From Clostridium sp. (GTDB lineage Bacteria > Bacillota > Clostridia > TANB77 > CAG-508): a DNA stretch of 64,000 bases. The number at the start of each line of letters is the position of its first letter. Position 1 is the stretch's first letter. The notes beneath the pieces are model-generated. The model searched no databases. It was not told the DNA's origin and saw only the letters and a list, made by a program, of their open reading frames with translations. The position numbers and the translations under genes are program-made. The stretch is taken from the NCBI GenBank assembly GCA_018371855.1, contig JAHAKD010000002.1, positions 73,850 through 137,849 of the forward strand, in the 5' to 3' direction. Of the stretch, positions 40,689-53,728 are shown piece after piece.

Positions 40689-40724
40689 TAAGTTATTAAG
40701 TTTTAAAATTTATATATTTTTTAG

Positions 40725-42605
<1,881 letters not shown>

Positions 42606-42667
42606 TGTTTAATATTGGAGGTTTAAAAGCCTCCAATAATTAAGCTTGTTATAAATTGGAGGATATA

Positions 42668-43822
42668 ATGGCAGAAAAAAGAGATTATTATGAGGTTTTA
42701 GGAGTTAATAAAAATGCAACAGATGATGAACTAAAAAAAGCTTTTAGGAAAATGGCTAAAAAATATCATCCAGATGCAAATCCAAATAATAAAAAAGAAG
42801 CAGAGGAAAAGTTTAAAGAAGTAAATGAAGCTTATGAAACACTTTCTGATCCTCAAAAAAGAAAGATGTATGACCAATTTGGGTTTAATGGTCCACAAGG
42901 ATTTGGTGGTCAAGGAGCTGGACAAGGTGGATATTATTCATATACTTCTAATGGCTTTGATGGATTTAGTGGCTTCGGAGATTTTGGTGATATATTTAGT
43001 TCATTCTTTTCTGGATTTGGTGGTTCTTCTGGAAGAAGTAATAGAAACGGTCCAAAAAGAGGTAGAGATTTAAGACATAATCTAGAAATTACTTTTGAAG
43101 AAGCATATTCAGGAATAAAAAAGGAATTTGTTATAAATAGAGATGAAAAATGTACAACTTGTAACGGAAGTGGTGCAAAACCTGGAACAAATCCTGTAAC
43201 ATGTCCAAATTGCCATGGAACTGGTCAAGTAACACAAGTTCAAAATACAATATTAGGACAAATGCAAACAACTAGAACTTGTTCTGAATGTCATGGAACT
43301 GGTAAAATTATAAAAGAGCCATGTACAACTTGTAGAGGCAAAGGTACAGTAAGAAAACAAGCAAAAGTTACTATAAATATTCCAGCAGGAATTGATGACA
43401 ATCAAACATTAATCTTAAAAAAAGAAGGAGAGCCAGGTGAAAGAGGCGGAGAAAATGGTGATATTTATGTAACAGTACATCTAAAAAGACATAGTATTTT
43501 TACTAGAAAAGATAATAATGTATTGTGTGACATTCCGATTACTATAACTCAAGCTACACTTGGTGCGGAATTAGAGATACCAATGGTAGATGGCGAAAAA
43601 GTAAAATATAAAATACCAGAAGCAACACAAACTGGAACAAGATTTACAATACGAAATAAAGGATTTAAAGCTATTAATGGAAATTGGCAGGGTGATTTTA
43701 TATTTACTGTTAATGTACAAACTCCAAAAAAACTAACAAAAGAACAAAGAGATTTATTAACACAACTTGCTAAAACTATGAATGAACAACCTCCAGTAAA
43801 GAAAAGAGGATTATTTGGATAA
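42668..43822 (+). CDS. dnaJ: molecular chaperone DnaJ
   Basis: J domain with HPD, G/F-rich region, four CxxCxGxG zinc-finger repeats. Confidence 0.95.
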   Translation: MAEKRDYYEVLGVNKNATDDELKKAFRKMAKKYHPDANPNNKKEAEEKFKEVNEAYETLSDPQKRKMYDQFGFNGPQGFGGQGAGQGGYYSYTSNGFDGFSGFGDFGDIFSSFFSGFGGSSGRSNRNGPKRGRDLRHNLEITFEEAYSGIKKEFVINRDEKCTTCNGSGAKPGTNPVTCPNCHGTGQVTQVQNTILGQMQTTRTCSECHGTGKIIKEPCTTCRGKGTVRKQAKVTINIPAGIDDNQTLILKKEGEPGERGGENGDIYVTVHLKRHSIFTRKDNNVLCDIPITITQATLGAELEIPMVDGEKVKYKIPEATQTGTRFTIRNKGFKAINGNWQGDFIFTVNVQTPKKLTKEQRDLLTQLAKTMNEQPPVKKRGLFG

Positions 43823-43884
43823 AAAGAAAAAGGTCAAGAAGAATTTAGATATTCTTTCTTGACCTTTTTGGACTTTTTTGAAAA

Positions 43885-44592
43885 TTAAGGCTTAGGAATG
43901 TACAGCGATTTTTCGTGGCTGTATCCAGAAGCCTTTAGACAAGCTATTAATTCAGACAGAGGCATACTTAATTTTTTTGTGTTAATTAAGTACGTATTTC
44001 CATTACCGGCATAAATAATAATTATGCCAGAATCGTCTGAATTGTCGAAACTTTCAGAATTGAATTTCCCAAGCTTCCAAAAGTCTATGTATGGAAATTT
44101 CATACTTGCCATTGGATAAAAGGAAGTACTAGCTTCTGAGTCATATATTCCACTAAATGGGATAATGGTGGCAGAATCGAAAAAGTCTAATATTTTAAAC
44201 TTATCCTTTCCTGCATTTGCCAATAGCTCATGTGCAATGCTTGCATTATACTTTCCAATTACAGCAAGCATATGATACCATTTAGCCTGATTTCTTGTGC
44301 CAAATGGTACATAATTCGAGTCAAGCTCAATTGGCAGAATTTCATTTGTGACTTTTTTAAAGCCACACTCTTCTAGAGTATGTTCCACTCCCAATATCAT
44401 TGGAAGTATAAAAGTTCCGAAAGGTGTTGCAAGAATATAAAAAGAACCGTTTTGTGTGTAATTAAATATTCTATCATTCGTTTTTACGGGTTCAAATTTA
44501 ATATTCTTATTATTTGCCTTGAAAACAATTCCTTCATCGGGAATTCTAAAACTCCGTCCAATAATTTCCATTGCATCCATTTCTTCTGTCAT
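43885..44592 (-). CDS. hypothetical protein (235 aa), divergent neighbour of the amidoligase
   Basis: No family recognised. Confidence 0.35.
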   Translation of the reverse strand: MTEEMDAMEIIGRSFRIPDEGIVFKANNKNIKFEPVKTNDRIFNYTQNGSFYILATPFGTFILPMILGVEHTLEECGFKKVTNEILPIELDSNYVPFGTRNQAKWYHMLAVIGKYNASIAHELLANAGKDKFKILDFFDSATIIPFSGIYDSEASTSFYPMASMKFPYIDFWKLGKFNSESFDNSDDSGIIIIYAGNGNTYLINTKKLSMPLSELIACLKASGYSHEKSLYIPKP

Positions 44593-44826
44593 CTTTTTTC
44601 CTCCATTTTTTAATTAATTACTGGAAACTAAACAATTTGCGTCACGAAAAATTATAACATAATTTACATAAAAAGACAATATGATGAAGGAATTATAGAT
44701 GCTAAAAAATGTATATAAATAAATTAAAAAAAGAAAAATTTTTTGCTTTTTGATATGATAAAAATATATATTGGCAACAAAATAATCTAGTGATATAATT
44801 TAGAAAAAAGATTTAACGAGGGAAAA

Positions 44827-45936
44827 ATGAAATACAAAGGACAATATGAAAGACTAAGTTTGCCAGCTTATATGAAATTTGGAATAGAAATAGAAGCTAA
44901 TAATGTTCAAACGAAAAATGGGTTATATGCTGGTGAAAGTGCGAAGTTTATAAGTGACAAAAACTGGCATATGGCAACAAAATGGGAAGAAAGTTTAGTT
45001 GGAGCAAATGGAGCAGAACTTGTTTCACCAATTTTAACAGATATAGAAAGCACATGGAAAAATATAGCAGAAATTTGTAGTAAGATTAAAGAATTTCCAA
45101 AAGATAAAAGTAAAGATGTTAAGGCAGACGATAAATGTGGATTACATGTGCATTTTGATGCAAAATGTTTAGCCAGTGATCCTAAAAAAATGAAAAAGTT
45201 TCTTCATATATATGCAGAAGCAGAAGAACTTATATATAAAATGTGTAATGATAAAGATGACCCAATACGACCTAAAGCTATAAACAAAAATTTTCACGGA
45301 TTATCAAATATTATTTCTGCCATTTGGAGAAATGGTATGGCAGCACCTATTAGCAAAAAAATATTGGAAAAGATTAATAATGGAACGTTAAAGGTATCAC
45401 ATAAAAAATTTGGAAAATTAAGAATGATTGCTAGTAAATTTAAGCTAGACGAAAGAAGATATGCAGGACTTAATCTAACTAATATAGGAAATAGCAAGAA
45501 GAATACAATAGAATTTAGGATGGCTAATGGAACACTTGATCCAGAAGTAATAAAACAAAATGTATTTTTATATGCTTCAATTATCGATACAGCTGTGAAG
45601 ATGACAGAGGAGCCAGGAAAATATGAACCAAAAATGCAAAAATTTTTAAAGCATGATGTTACAGAGCAAGAAAAAGCACAAAGCTTTTTAGATTTAATTA
45701 TGGATTCAGATGAGGATAAAAAGATATATTTAGATAGATGGAAATCTGTAAAAGATGCAAAAGTTTTTTCTAAAAATAATAAAAAGGGATTTGCAACAAC
45801 ATTTAAAAGAGAAGAATTTAAAGATATAGCAATAAGAACTAAAGGAAGTAAGATACGAGCAACATTTAGTAAAATAAAAGATTTTGTATATACAAGAGAT
45901 GAAAGAGGAGATAGAGAAGATAATGTTAGAACTTAA
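44827..45936 (+). CDS. glutamine-synthetase-like amidoligase (Amidoligase_2-type)
   Basis: Motifs in family order: FGIEIEAN (E-x-E), GAELVSPIL (E-x-x-S-P), CGLHVHFD (H-x-H), IEFRMANGT (E-F-R). Assignment from remembered motif patterns. Confidence 0.55.
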   Translation: MKYKGQYERLSLPAYMKFGIEIEANNVQTKNGLYAGESAKFISDKNWHMATKWEESLVGANGAELVSPILTDIESTWKNIAEICSKIKEFPKDKSKDVKADDKCGLHVHFDAKCLASDPKKMKKFLHIYAEAEELIYKMCNDKDDPIRPKAINKNFHGLSNIISAIWRNGMAAPISKKILEKINNGTLKVSHKKFGKLRMIASKFKLDERRYAGLNLTNIGNSKKNTIEFRMANGTLDPEVIKQNVFLYASIIDTAVKMTEEPGKYEPKMQKFLKHDVTEQEKAQSFLDLIMDSDEDKKIYLDRWKSVKDAKVFSKNNKKGFATTFKREEFKDIAIRTKGSKIRATFSKIKDFVYTRDERGDREDNVRT

Positions 45937-46351
45937 ATATAGAAATGCTTTTAAAGAAGTATATGAAATATTAAAGTATACAGATATAGATTTAGTAAAC
46001 AAGATTCCTAAGAAGTTTATTAATTTTTTGAGAGCGAATATGAATAATGACTACGAATTTAATGTACAAGAAGGAATCTGTTTAAATAAACAAATCCTAT
46101 CTGAAGAAACTAATAACATCTTTGCTTTAATATATAGAGATTATTGGGCAACAGAGGAAGAAAAAGAAGAATTCAGAAAAAAAGATGAAGAAGAAAGAAA
46201 ATTAAATGAAGAAAAATTAGAGCATATATTTGACAGAAAAGATAAAGAGATAATAGGAGAAGAAGAGAATAATCAACTTATTAAAATAGAACGTGAAAGT
46301 TTTATAAAAAGATTATTTTCGAAGTTAAAAAGATTTTTTTTTAAGAATTAA
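45923..46351 (+). CDS. small partner protein translationally coupled to the amidoligase; paralog of 55214..55624
   Basis: ATG at 45923 overlaps the amidoligase 3' end by 14 nt; shares EVYEILKY...NKIPK and the C-terminal ESFIxRxxxKLKxFF with the 136-aa protein at 55214. Confidence 0.4.
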   Translation: MLELKYRNAFKEVYEILKYTDIDLVNKIPKKFINFLRANMNNDYEFNVQEGICLNKQILSEETNNIFALIYRDYWATEEEKEEFRKKDEEERKLNEEKLEHIFDRKDKEIIGEEENNQLIKIERESFIKRLFSKLKRFFFKN

Positions 46352-46535
46352 AAGTTTTGAAGGCGTAATTATTTTTACGTCTTTTTTTATTATGTCAAAT
46401 GAAATTATTGTAATTAGCAAAAGCGTGATTTTCTACTAAAAATATTACAAAGTTATGTCAAATTATTTTACAGAATTAGAGTTTATATGATATAATGCAA
46501 ACTATAAGAGCATAAAATAAAATAGGAGATATTAT

Positions 46536-47378
46536 ATGGAAATAATATTAGGAAAAACAGCAGGTTTTTGCAATGGAATTACACGAGCAGTAGAGACTGC
46601 TAAAGAAGAATTAAAAAATACAGAGAATATAGAATGCTTAGGAGATTTATTACATAATGAGCAAGTTTTATCTAAGCTAAAAGAAAATGGACTTACTATA
46701 ATAAACGATATAAAAGAAGCAAAAAAAAGAGTATTAATAAGAGCACATGGTGTAAAAAAAGGAGTTTATGAATATGCAAAGCAAAACAATATAGAAATAG
46801 TAGATTGTACGTGTCCAAAGGTACTAAAAATTCATAACCTAGCAGAAGAATTATCAAATAAAGATTATTATATAATAGTAGTGGGAGAAAAAACTCATGC
46901 AGAAGTTATTGGAACATTTAGTTTTTGCAAAAATGGCGAAATAATAGAAAACATAGAACAATTACAAGCACGAATCGACGATTTAAATAAAAAAGAAAAA
47001 TTGGCAGTACTAACACAAACAACATATAACTTACAAAAGTTTTTAGAAATAGAAAAATATTTAAAAGAACATATAAAAACACAATTAGAAATAAATAATG
47101 GAATATGTAATGCAACAGAAACTAGACAAAAAGAAACAGAAGAAATTTCGAAAAATGTAGAGTTTATGGTTATAATAGGAGGCAAGAAAAGTTCAAATAC
47201 AAACAAATTATACGAAATTTCACAAAAAAATTGTAAAAAAGCTATTAAAATAGAAGAGGTATCAGAACTATATAACGAAGATTTAGATAATATTAGTAAA
47301 ATAGGTGTGATGGCAGGGGCTTCAACACCAAAGGAAAGTATAGAAGAAGTTATAAAATATTTAAAGGAGAGGAATTAA
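46536..47378 (+). CDS. ispH: 4-hydroxy-3-methylbut-2-enyl diphosphate reductase
   Basis: GFCNGITRAVE N-terminal Cys motif; 280 aa. Confidence 0.75.
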   Translation: MEIILGKTAGFCNGITRAVETAKEELKNTENIECLGDLLHNEQVLSKLKENGLTIINDIKEAKKRVLIRAHGVKKGVYEYAKQNNIEIVDCTCPKVLKIHNLAEELSNKDYYIIVVGEKTHAEVIGTFSFCKNGEIIENIEQLQARIDDLNKKEKLAVLTQTTYNLQKFLEIEKYLKEHIKTQLEINNGICNATETRQKETEEISKNVEFMVIIGGKKSSNTNKLYEISQKNCKKAIKIEEVSELYNEDLDNISKIGVMAGASTPKESIEEVIKYLKERN

Positions 47379-47379
47379 C

Positions 47380-48303
47380 TTGAATATAGAAAAAGCTTCA
47401 AGCGAATTAGAAAAATGTATATCAGAAGAGTCAAAAATATATAAAAATGAATTAATGTCAAAACATACTTCATTTAAAGTTGGAGGTATGGCAGACATAT
47501 TTATAAATGCTAGAACAGAGCAAGATATAAAAAGTATATTAGAATATGCAAATAAAAATGAAATTCCTATAACCGTTATTGGAAATGGTAGTAATCTACT
47601 AGTAAAAGATGGTGGTATAAGAGGAATTGTTTTAAGAATAGATATACAAGATTTTAATATAGATCAAATTAATGATGAATATATAATAACAGTAGGTGCT
47701 GGTGTAAAAAACGGTTTTGTAGCACAGAAATTGCTAATAGAGGAAATAGAAGGGTTCGAATTTGCAGCTGGAATTCCAGGATCTATTGGCGGTGCGATTA
47801 GAATGAATGCAGGTGCACATGGTGGAGAAATGAAAGATATCGTTTCAGAAACGAAATGTATGGATATGAATGGTAATATAAAAATATTATCTAATGAGGA
47901 GCAAAAATTCGAATACCGAAATAGTATTTTTAGTAGTAATCAATATATAATTTTAAGTACAAAATTAAAACTAAAAAAAGGAATATATAAAGAAATAAAA
48001 GCAAAGATGGATGAATATGGAGAGTGGCGTAAAGAACATCAACCACTAGAATATCCATCAGCAGGAAGTACATTCAAAAGAGGAACAGATTTTATTACTG
48101 CAAAATTAATAGATGAATGTGGTTTAAAAGGATATAATATAGGTAATGCAGAAGTATCAACAAAACATGCTGGTTTTGTTGTAAATAAAGGAAATGCAAA
48201 AGCAAAAGATATATTAAATTTAGTAAAATACATTAGTGAAAAAGTCTATGAAAAATCTGGCAAAAAAATTGAGCTGGAAGTACAAGTAATAGGAGAAGAT
48301 TAA
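47380..48303 (+). CDS. murB: UDP-N-acetylenolpyruvoylglucosamine reductase
   Basis: FAD-binding FKVGGMADIF, GNGSNLL; C-terminal MurB domain. Confidence 0.85.
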   Translation: MNIEKASSELEKCISEESKIYKNELMSKHTSFKVGGMADIFINARTEQDIKSILEYANKNEIPITVIGNGSNLLVKDGGIRGIVLRIDIQDFNIDQINDEYIITVGAGVKNGFVAQKLLIEEIEGFEFAAGIPGSIGGAIRMNAGAHGGEMKDIVSETKCMDMNGNIKILSNEEQKFEYRNSIFSSNQYIILSTKLKLKKGIYKEIKAKMDEYGEWRKEHQPLEYPSAGSTFKRGTDFITAKLIDECGLKGYNIGNAEVSTKHAGFVVNKGNAKAKDILNLVKYISEKVYEKSGKKIELEVQVIGED

Positions 48304-48337
48304 GAAAACTGAACTTGAAAGGATGTATTAATAAAAA

Positions 48338-49894
48338 ATGAAAGGTTTTATAGAATGGTTTAGACCAAATGCAAGAATAAAAAGATGGATATTTCTTATT
48401 CTTGTAGGAATAATACTGGCATGTTATGGAATATCTAAAATTATTGTAAGCGAAGAACTTGAAATAGCACAATTATTATTAATTATTTTATCATTTATTG
48501 TAGGTTTTACTTGCATAGTTTTGGGTATTGTATTTATGCAAAAAAGAACTATGGAAATGTTAATAGAATCTACAGATTCAAGAGTAAAAAATAATAGAAA
48601 ACATATAAATATAAACTCATTAATATTTAACAAAAAAATCTATTCAGAAGGACCTAAAATTGTAGTAATAGGTTCTGGCAATGGGATTGAAACAGTTGTA
48701 AGAGGATTAAAGCAATATACAGATAATATAACAGCAGTTGTTACGGTATCTTCATATGGTAATATGAAGAAAGAAAACATAAATTCTATGCCTATAGAAG
48801 ATATAAAAAATACAGTAATTGCATTAGCTAGGGATGAAGAACTAGCAAGTAAATTAATGTCTTATAAATATAAAAGTGGGGATTTAAAAGATGTTAGTTT
48901 TAGCGATTTGTATTTTGCTACAATGCAAGATTTATCTAAAGACTTTACAGAAGCTATAGCAAATTCCAATGAAATTTTTAATATTATAGGAAGAGTTTTA
49001 CCTATTACAAATGATGAAATGAGAATATGTGCAGAACTAGAAAATGGAATGATAATAGAAGAAAAAGATGAAATAAAAAAAGTAGTTTATGACAAAATTA
49101 CAAAAATTAATAGAGTATTTATATCACCACCAAATTGTAGGGCAACTCCAGAAGTTGTACAAGCAATAAAAGAAGCAGACTGTATTGTAATTGGTCCAGG
49201 AAGTTTGTATACAAATGTAATACCAAACTTGCTAGTTAATGGTGTATATAAAGCAATGAAAGATAGTAAAGCAATAAAAATATATGTAAGCAATATTATG
49301 ACAGAACCAGGACAAACAGACTATTACACATTATCTGATCACATAAAAGCAATAATAGAACATACAGGTAAAAATGTTATAGATTATTGTATTTATGATA
49401 CAGGAGAAATAATTCCGGAATATATTAAAAGATATAATTTAAAAGGTTCAGAATTAGTAGCACAGGACGTGCCAAAGGCAAGAACTTTAGGAGTACGTTT
49501 GTTACAAAGAGATTTAGCATGTATAGAGAATGGATATATAAGACATAATCCAGATTTAGTTGCTAAAGCAATTTCAGAATTAATTTGTGACGATTTAAAA
49601 TATAGGGATAAACAATCAGACCCACAATACATGTTATTAAAATCTAAATTAGAATATGAAAAACAATTTAATAAAATAAAAAATAAACCTAAGAAAAAAA
49701 GAAAGACAAACGAAAATAAAAAAGGAAGAAAAAGTAAATTCTTATCTAAGTATGGTAAACGTATAGAGGCTATGCGTAATACAGAGGAAGTTAAACTAAA
49801 GAATAGAGAGATTTTACAAAATGAAAATAAAGATAAGGAAGAGGAATTTATAGAAAAGTTTATAGAAAAAGTTGAACAAAATAAGAAAAAATAA
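48338..49894 (+). CDS. YvcK/CofD-like (UPF0052, gluconeogenesis factor family) protein with an N-terminal 2-TM extension and a Lys-rich C-terminal tail
   Basis: KIVVIGSGNG and the overall family pattern. Confidence 0.55.
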   Translation: MKGFIEWFRPNARIKRWIFLILVGIILACYGISKIIVSEELEIAQLLLIILSFIVGFTCIVLGIVFMQKRTMEMLIESTDSRVKNNRKHININSLIFNKKIYSEGPKIVVIGSGNGIETVVRGLKQYTDNITAVVTVSSYGNMKKENINSMPIEDIKNTVIALARDEELASKLMSYKYKSGDLKDVSFSDLYFATMQDLSKDFTEAIANSNEIFNIIGRVLPITNDEMRICAELENGMIIEEKDEIKKVVYDKITKINRVFISPPNCRATPEVVQAIKEADCIVIGPGSLYTNVIPNLLVNGVYKAMKDSKAIKIYVSNIMTEPGQTDYYTLSDHIKAIIEHTGKNVIDYCIYDTGEIIPEYIKRYNLKGSELVAQDVPKARTLGVRLLQRDLACIENGYIRHNPDLVAKAISELICDDLKYRDKQSDPQYMLLKSKLEYEKQFNKIKNKPKKKRKTNENKKGRKSKFLSKYGKRIEAMRNTEEVKLKNREILQNENKDKEEEFIEKFIEKVEQNKKK

Positions 49895-49911
49895 TAATTG
49901 GAGGCTTACAA

Positions 49912-51948
49912 ATGAAAATAATGGTAAATAAAGGAGATTTTAAGAATTTAATTCAAAGAGAATGGTTAATATCTAATGGAATAGGAGGATTTGCAGCATC
50001 TACAGTTACAGGTGCCAATACAAGAAAATATCATGGACTGCTAGTTGCAGCACTAACACCTCCAGCAAGAAGATTTTTGGTATTATCTAAAGTAGATGAA
50101 TCAATAGAATTTAATGGATGCAAATATCCTTTATATACTAATATTTGCGATAATTATATTTCAGATGGATATAAAAGAATAGAATTATTTGAGAAAAAAT
50201 ATGTACCAACATATGCATATAAAATAGACGATATTTCTATTAAAAAGACTATAAGTATGCAATATGGTAGGAATACTGTTGTTGTATTATATAATATTAA
50301 AAATGGAAATTATAATTCAAAGTTAACATTGGCTCCAATAATAAATTATAGAGATTTTCATCAAGTTAATAAAGATACAGAGTTTAAGCTAAAGGAAAAT
50401 ATAACTGGAACAAAAGTAAGAATAGTTATAAAGAATGAAAGCCAGACACCATTTTACATGAAATGTTCAGAGGGAACATATATAGAACATCATAATGATA
50501 TATTTTATAGAATGTTTTATATGGAAGAAGAAAAAAGAGGTTTTGACCCAATAGAAAACCATGCAATTCCAGGTAGATATGAAATAGAATTAAAACCAAA
50601 TGAAGAGAAAAATATATCATTTGTATTTTCATTAGAAGAAAACATAGATGAAATAAAAGCAGAAGATATTATTAAGCAAGAAGAGGATAGATTAAAGAAA
50701 ATAGTAACAGATACAGGCTTAATAAATGAAAATACAGAGGATAAAGAATTAATAGAAGATTTTATAATTACTGCTGATAGCTTTATTGCCTACAGACCAT
50801 CATTTGGGATTCACACTATAATTGCAGGTTATCCATGGTTTTTAGACTGGGGAAGAGATAGCTTAATAGCATTTGAAGGGTTACTACTTAAAACAAAAAG
50901 ATTTGATATAGCAAAAGAAGTTTTATTAACATTTATTAGAGATATAAAATATGGTCTTGTTCCAAATGGATACTCAGGATATGATAATAGACCTTTATAT
51001 AATAGCGCAGATGCTTCATTATTGCTTTTTGAAGATATAAAAAAATATATTAATTATACAAATGACTATAAATTTATAAAGGACAATTTATATATTTGCT
51101 TAAAGAAGATAATAGAGGCATATATTACAGGAATAGATGTTGATGATAATAATATTTATATGGAAAGAGATGGATTAATTCATTCCGGCACTATAAATAC
51201 TCAAAATACATGGATGGATGTAAAAATTGGAGATTTTGCAGTAACTCCTAGAAATGGAAAAGCAGTAGAAATAAATAGTTTATGGTATAATGCTTTAAAA
51301 ATAATGGAAGAATTAGCAAAAAAATTCGAAACTAAAAAAGTTGCAGAAATGTATGCAGAATTAGCAGATAAAACACAAAAATCATTTAATAGAAAATTTT
51401 ATAATTCAGATAAGAGATCATTGTATGATGTATTAGGTGATGATAGAATAAGACCAAATCAGTTATTTAGTTTATCACTTAGTTACCAAGTTTTAAATCC
51501 AGCAGGAAAAAATGCTAGAGAAATTTTAAAAACTGTAACTAATGAATTATATACAAGACATGGGTTACGTACTTTAAATAGAAAAGACAAGCAATATATT
51601 GCTACATATGAAGGAGATTCATACAGAAGAGATATAAGTTACCACCAAGGGATAACTTGGCCATGGTTATTTGGACTATATAATGATGCATACAAAAATG
51701 TAATAAATAATACAAAAGAAGGTAAAGTTAAAACAGAACTACAAAAACAATATGATCAATTTATAAAAAATCTAAAAGCAACTACAAAAACAATGATGTA
51801 TAAAGAAGGTTGTGTATTAAGTATTTCAGAATTATATGATTCTAAACCTCCATATTTACCTAAAGGTGCTTTTTCACAAGCTTGGAGTGTTGCAGAGATA
51901 TTTAGAATAATATTAGATTCAAAAACAGAAGAAGAGGAAGAACGATGA
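49912..51948 (+). CDS. glycogen debranching enzyme (amylo-alpha-1,6-glucosidase, GDE_C family)
   Basis: 678 aa; GYPWFLDWGRDS characteristic of bacterial GDE. Confidence 0.8.
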   Translation: MKIMVNKGDFKNLIQREWLISNGIGGFAASTVTGANTRKYHGLLVAALTPPARRFLVLSKVDESIEFNGCKYPLYTNICDNYISDGYKRIELFEKKYVPTYAYKIDDISIKKTISMQYGRNTVVVLYNIKNGNYNSKLTLAPIINYRDFHQVNKDTEFKLKENITGTKVRIVIKNESQTPFYMKCSEGTYIEHHNDIFYRMFYMEEEKRGFDPIENHAIPGRYEIELKPNEEKNISFVFSLEENIDEIKAEDIIKQEEDRLKKIVTDTGLINENTEDKELIEDFIITADSFIAYRPSFGIHTIIAGYPWFLDWGRDSLIAFEGLLLKTKRFDIAKEVLLTFIRDIKYGLVPNGYSGYDNRPLYNSADASLLLFEDIKKYINYTNDYKFIKDNLYICLKKIIEAYITGIDVDDNNIYMERDGLIHSGTINTQNTWMDVKIGDFAVTPRNGKAVEINSLWYNALKIMEELAKKFETKKVAEMYAELADKTQKSFNRKFYNSDKRSLYDVLGDDRIRPNQLFSLSLSYQVLNPAGKNAREILKTVTNELYTRHGLRTLNRKDKQYIATYEGDSYRRDISYHQGITWPWLFGLYNDAYKNVINNTKEGKVKTELQKQYDQFIKNLKATTKTMMYKEGCVLSISELYDSKPPYLPKGAFSQAWSVAEIFRIILDSKTEEEEER

Positions 51949-52437
51949 GAATATTAGGAATTGACCCTGGGTTTGCAATAACACGGGTATAGCATAATAG
52001 ATTATATAGGAAATAAATTTAAATTAGAGACATCTGGTGCAATTTTGACAGAAGCTGGTGAATCTTTTCCATTAAGGTTGGAAAAGATTTACACAGATTT
52101 AAATAATATAATAAATACTTATAAACCAGATGCGATGTCTATAGAAGAACTATTTTTTAATAATAATGCAAAAACAGCTATTAATGTTGCCCAGGCAAGG
52201 GGAGTAATATTAATAACAGCAAGAATAAATAAACTAGATATATTCGAATATACACCATTACAAATAAAGCAAGCAGTTACAGGATATGGTAGAGCAGATA
52301 AAATACAAGTACAGAGAATGGTAAAAATGATATTAAATACTGAAAAATTACCAAAATTGGATGATATAACAGATAGTATGGCGATAGCGATTTGCCATGC
52401 ACATTCATCTAAATTTTCATCTCAATTTAAATTATAA
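51945..52437 (+). pseudogene. ruvC: Holliday junction resolvase RuvC, disrupted by a +1 frameshift (extra C at about 51984)
   Basis: MRILGIDPGFAITRV* in frame 1; removing the C gives ...AITGYSIIDYIGNKFKLETSGAILTEAGESF... continuous with ORF 52045..52437 (EELFFNNNAKTA, TPLQIKQAVTGYGRADK). Confidence 0.75.
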
Positions 52438-52445
52438 TAGGAATA

Positions 52446-52475
52446 GGGATTTTGGGGACGTTCCTTAAATCCCGA
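52446..52475 (+). repeat. copy 3 of the hairpin element (gggattttggggacgttccttaaatcccga, consensus copy)
   Basis: Between the ruvC stop and the holA RBS. Confidence 0.85.
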
Positions 52476-52489
52476 AAAGGAAGATGAAT

Positions 52490-53513
52490 ATGTTAATAGA
52501 AGAGTTAGAAAAAGAACTTCGGACAAGGAATTTTAAAAAGTATATATGTTTTATATGGCGAAGAAAAATTTTTACTAGAGTCAATAGTAAAGAAAATAAG
52601 AAAAAATTTTGGAGAATGTATAAATGGGATTAATTATATTAGTATAGATGAAACGAATATTTCAGAACTAATAGCAGATATACAAACTCCAGCTTTTGGC
52701 TATCCAAAAAAATTAATTCTTGTACGAAATTCGGAAATCTTAAAAAAAGAAGGAAAAAGAAAGAATCCAGAGCTTGCTAAAATTAAAACTAGCGTTGCAG
52801 AATACATAGAAAATAATATAGCCGAAATTAACGAAAGTGTAATTTTAGTATTTGTAGAAGAAAATGTAGAAAAACAAAAACTATATAAAGTATTAGAAAA
52901 AAATGGAGAGGTATGTGAATTTACATATCAGAAGCCAAATCAAATTATAAGAAGGTTAAAGTCAATAACAAATGCGTATAAAGTTAATGTAGCAGAAAAT
53001 ACATTGCAATATTTAATAGAACAATGTGGACAAAATATGCAGGACTTAATTAATGAGATAAGAAAATTAATAGAATATGCTGGCGAAGGTGGAACGATAA
53101 ATAAAGTAGATATAGATTTACTGTGTACTAAACAAACACAAGCCATTATATTTAACTTAACTGATTATTTAGGAAAGAAGCAAATAAAACTAGCATTGGA
53201 AGAACTAAATAATTTGCTTTATAATAAAGAACCAATTCAAAAAATTTTAATAACATTATATAACCATTTTAAAAAATTGTATTTTACAAAAATAGCAGAA
53301 AGATATAAACTAGATATAGCAAAATCTTTAAATTTAAAACCTAATCAGATGTTTTTAGTAAATAAATATAAAATGCAAGCAAAAAGCTTTACAGATTTAG
53401 AGATTTCTAATATTATAAAAGAACTAATTGATTTAGACTATAATTATAAGGTTGGTAAAATTGATTTAAATATAGGATTAGAAACAATTTTATGTAATAA
53501 TTGCTCAAAGTAA
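52490..53513 (+). pseudogene. holA: DNA polymerase III delta subunit HolA, with a frameshift near 52535-52545
   Basis: MLIEELEKELRTRNFKK in one frame, then SIYVLYGEEKFLLE...(delta motifs) to 53513 in the next; no alternative start in the second frame. Confidence 0.7.
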
Positions 53514-53527
53514 AAGAGGGATGATAA

Positions 53528-53710
53528 ATGGAGTCAAATGATGAATTAATAGAAAATTTAAAAAAAGAAGTAAAAGATGAACTTAAAGATAAGTTTAACG
53601 AAACAGCAGTTGGATATATACATGTTTTTAACAAAAGATTAGAAGAAAAATTAAGAGAACAAGGTATAGAATATAACAAAGAAGAATTTAAAGGTAAACA
53701 AATAGACTAA
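53528..53710 (+). CDS. hypothetical acidic 60-aa protein, first gene of a 3-gene insert between holA and gpr
   Basis: RBS AGAGGGA; tightly followed by 53729. Confidence 0.3.
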   Translation: MESNDELIENLKKEVKDELKDKFNETAVGYIHVFNKRLEEKLREQGIEYNKEEFKGKQID

Positions 53711-53728
53711 ACATAGGAGAAGATTATT

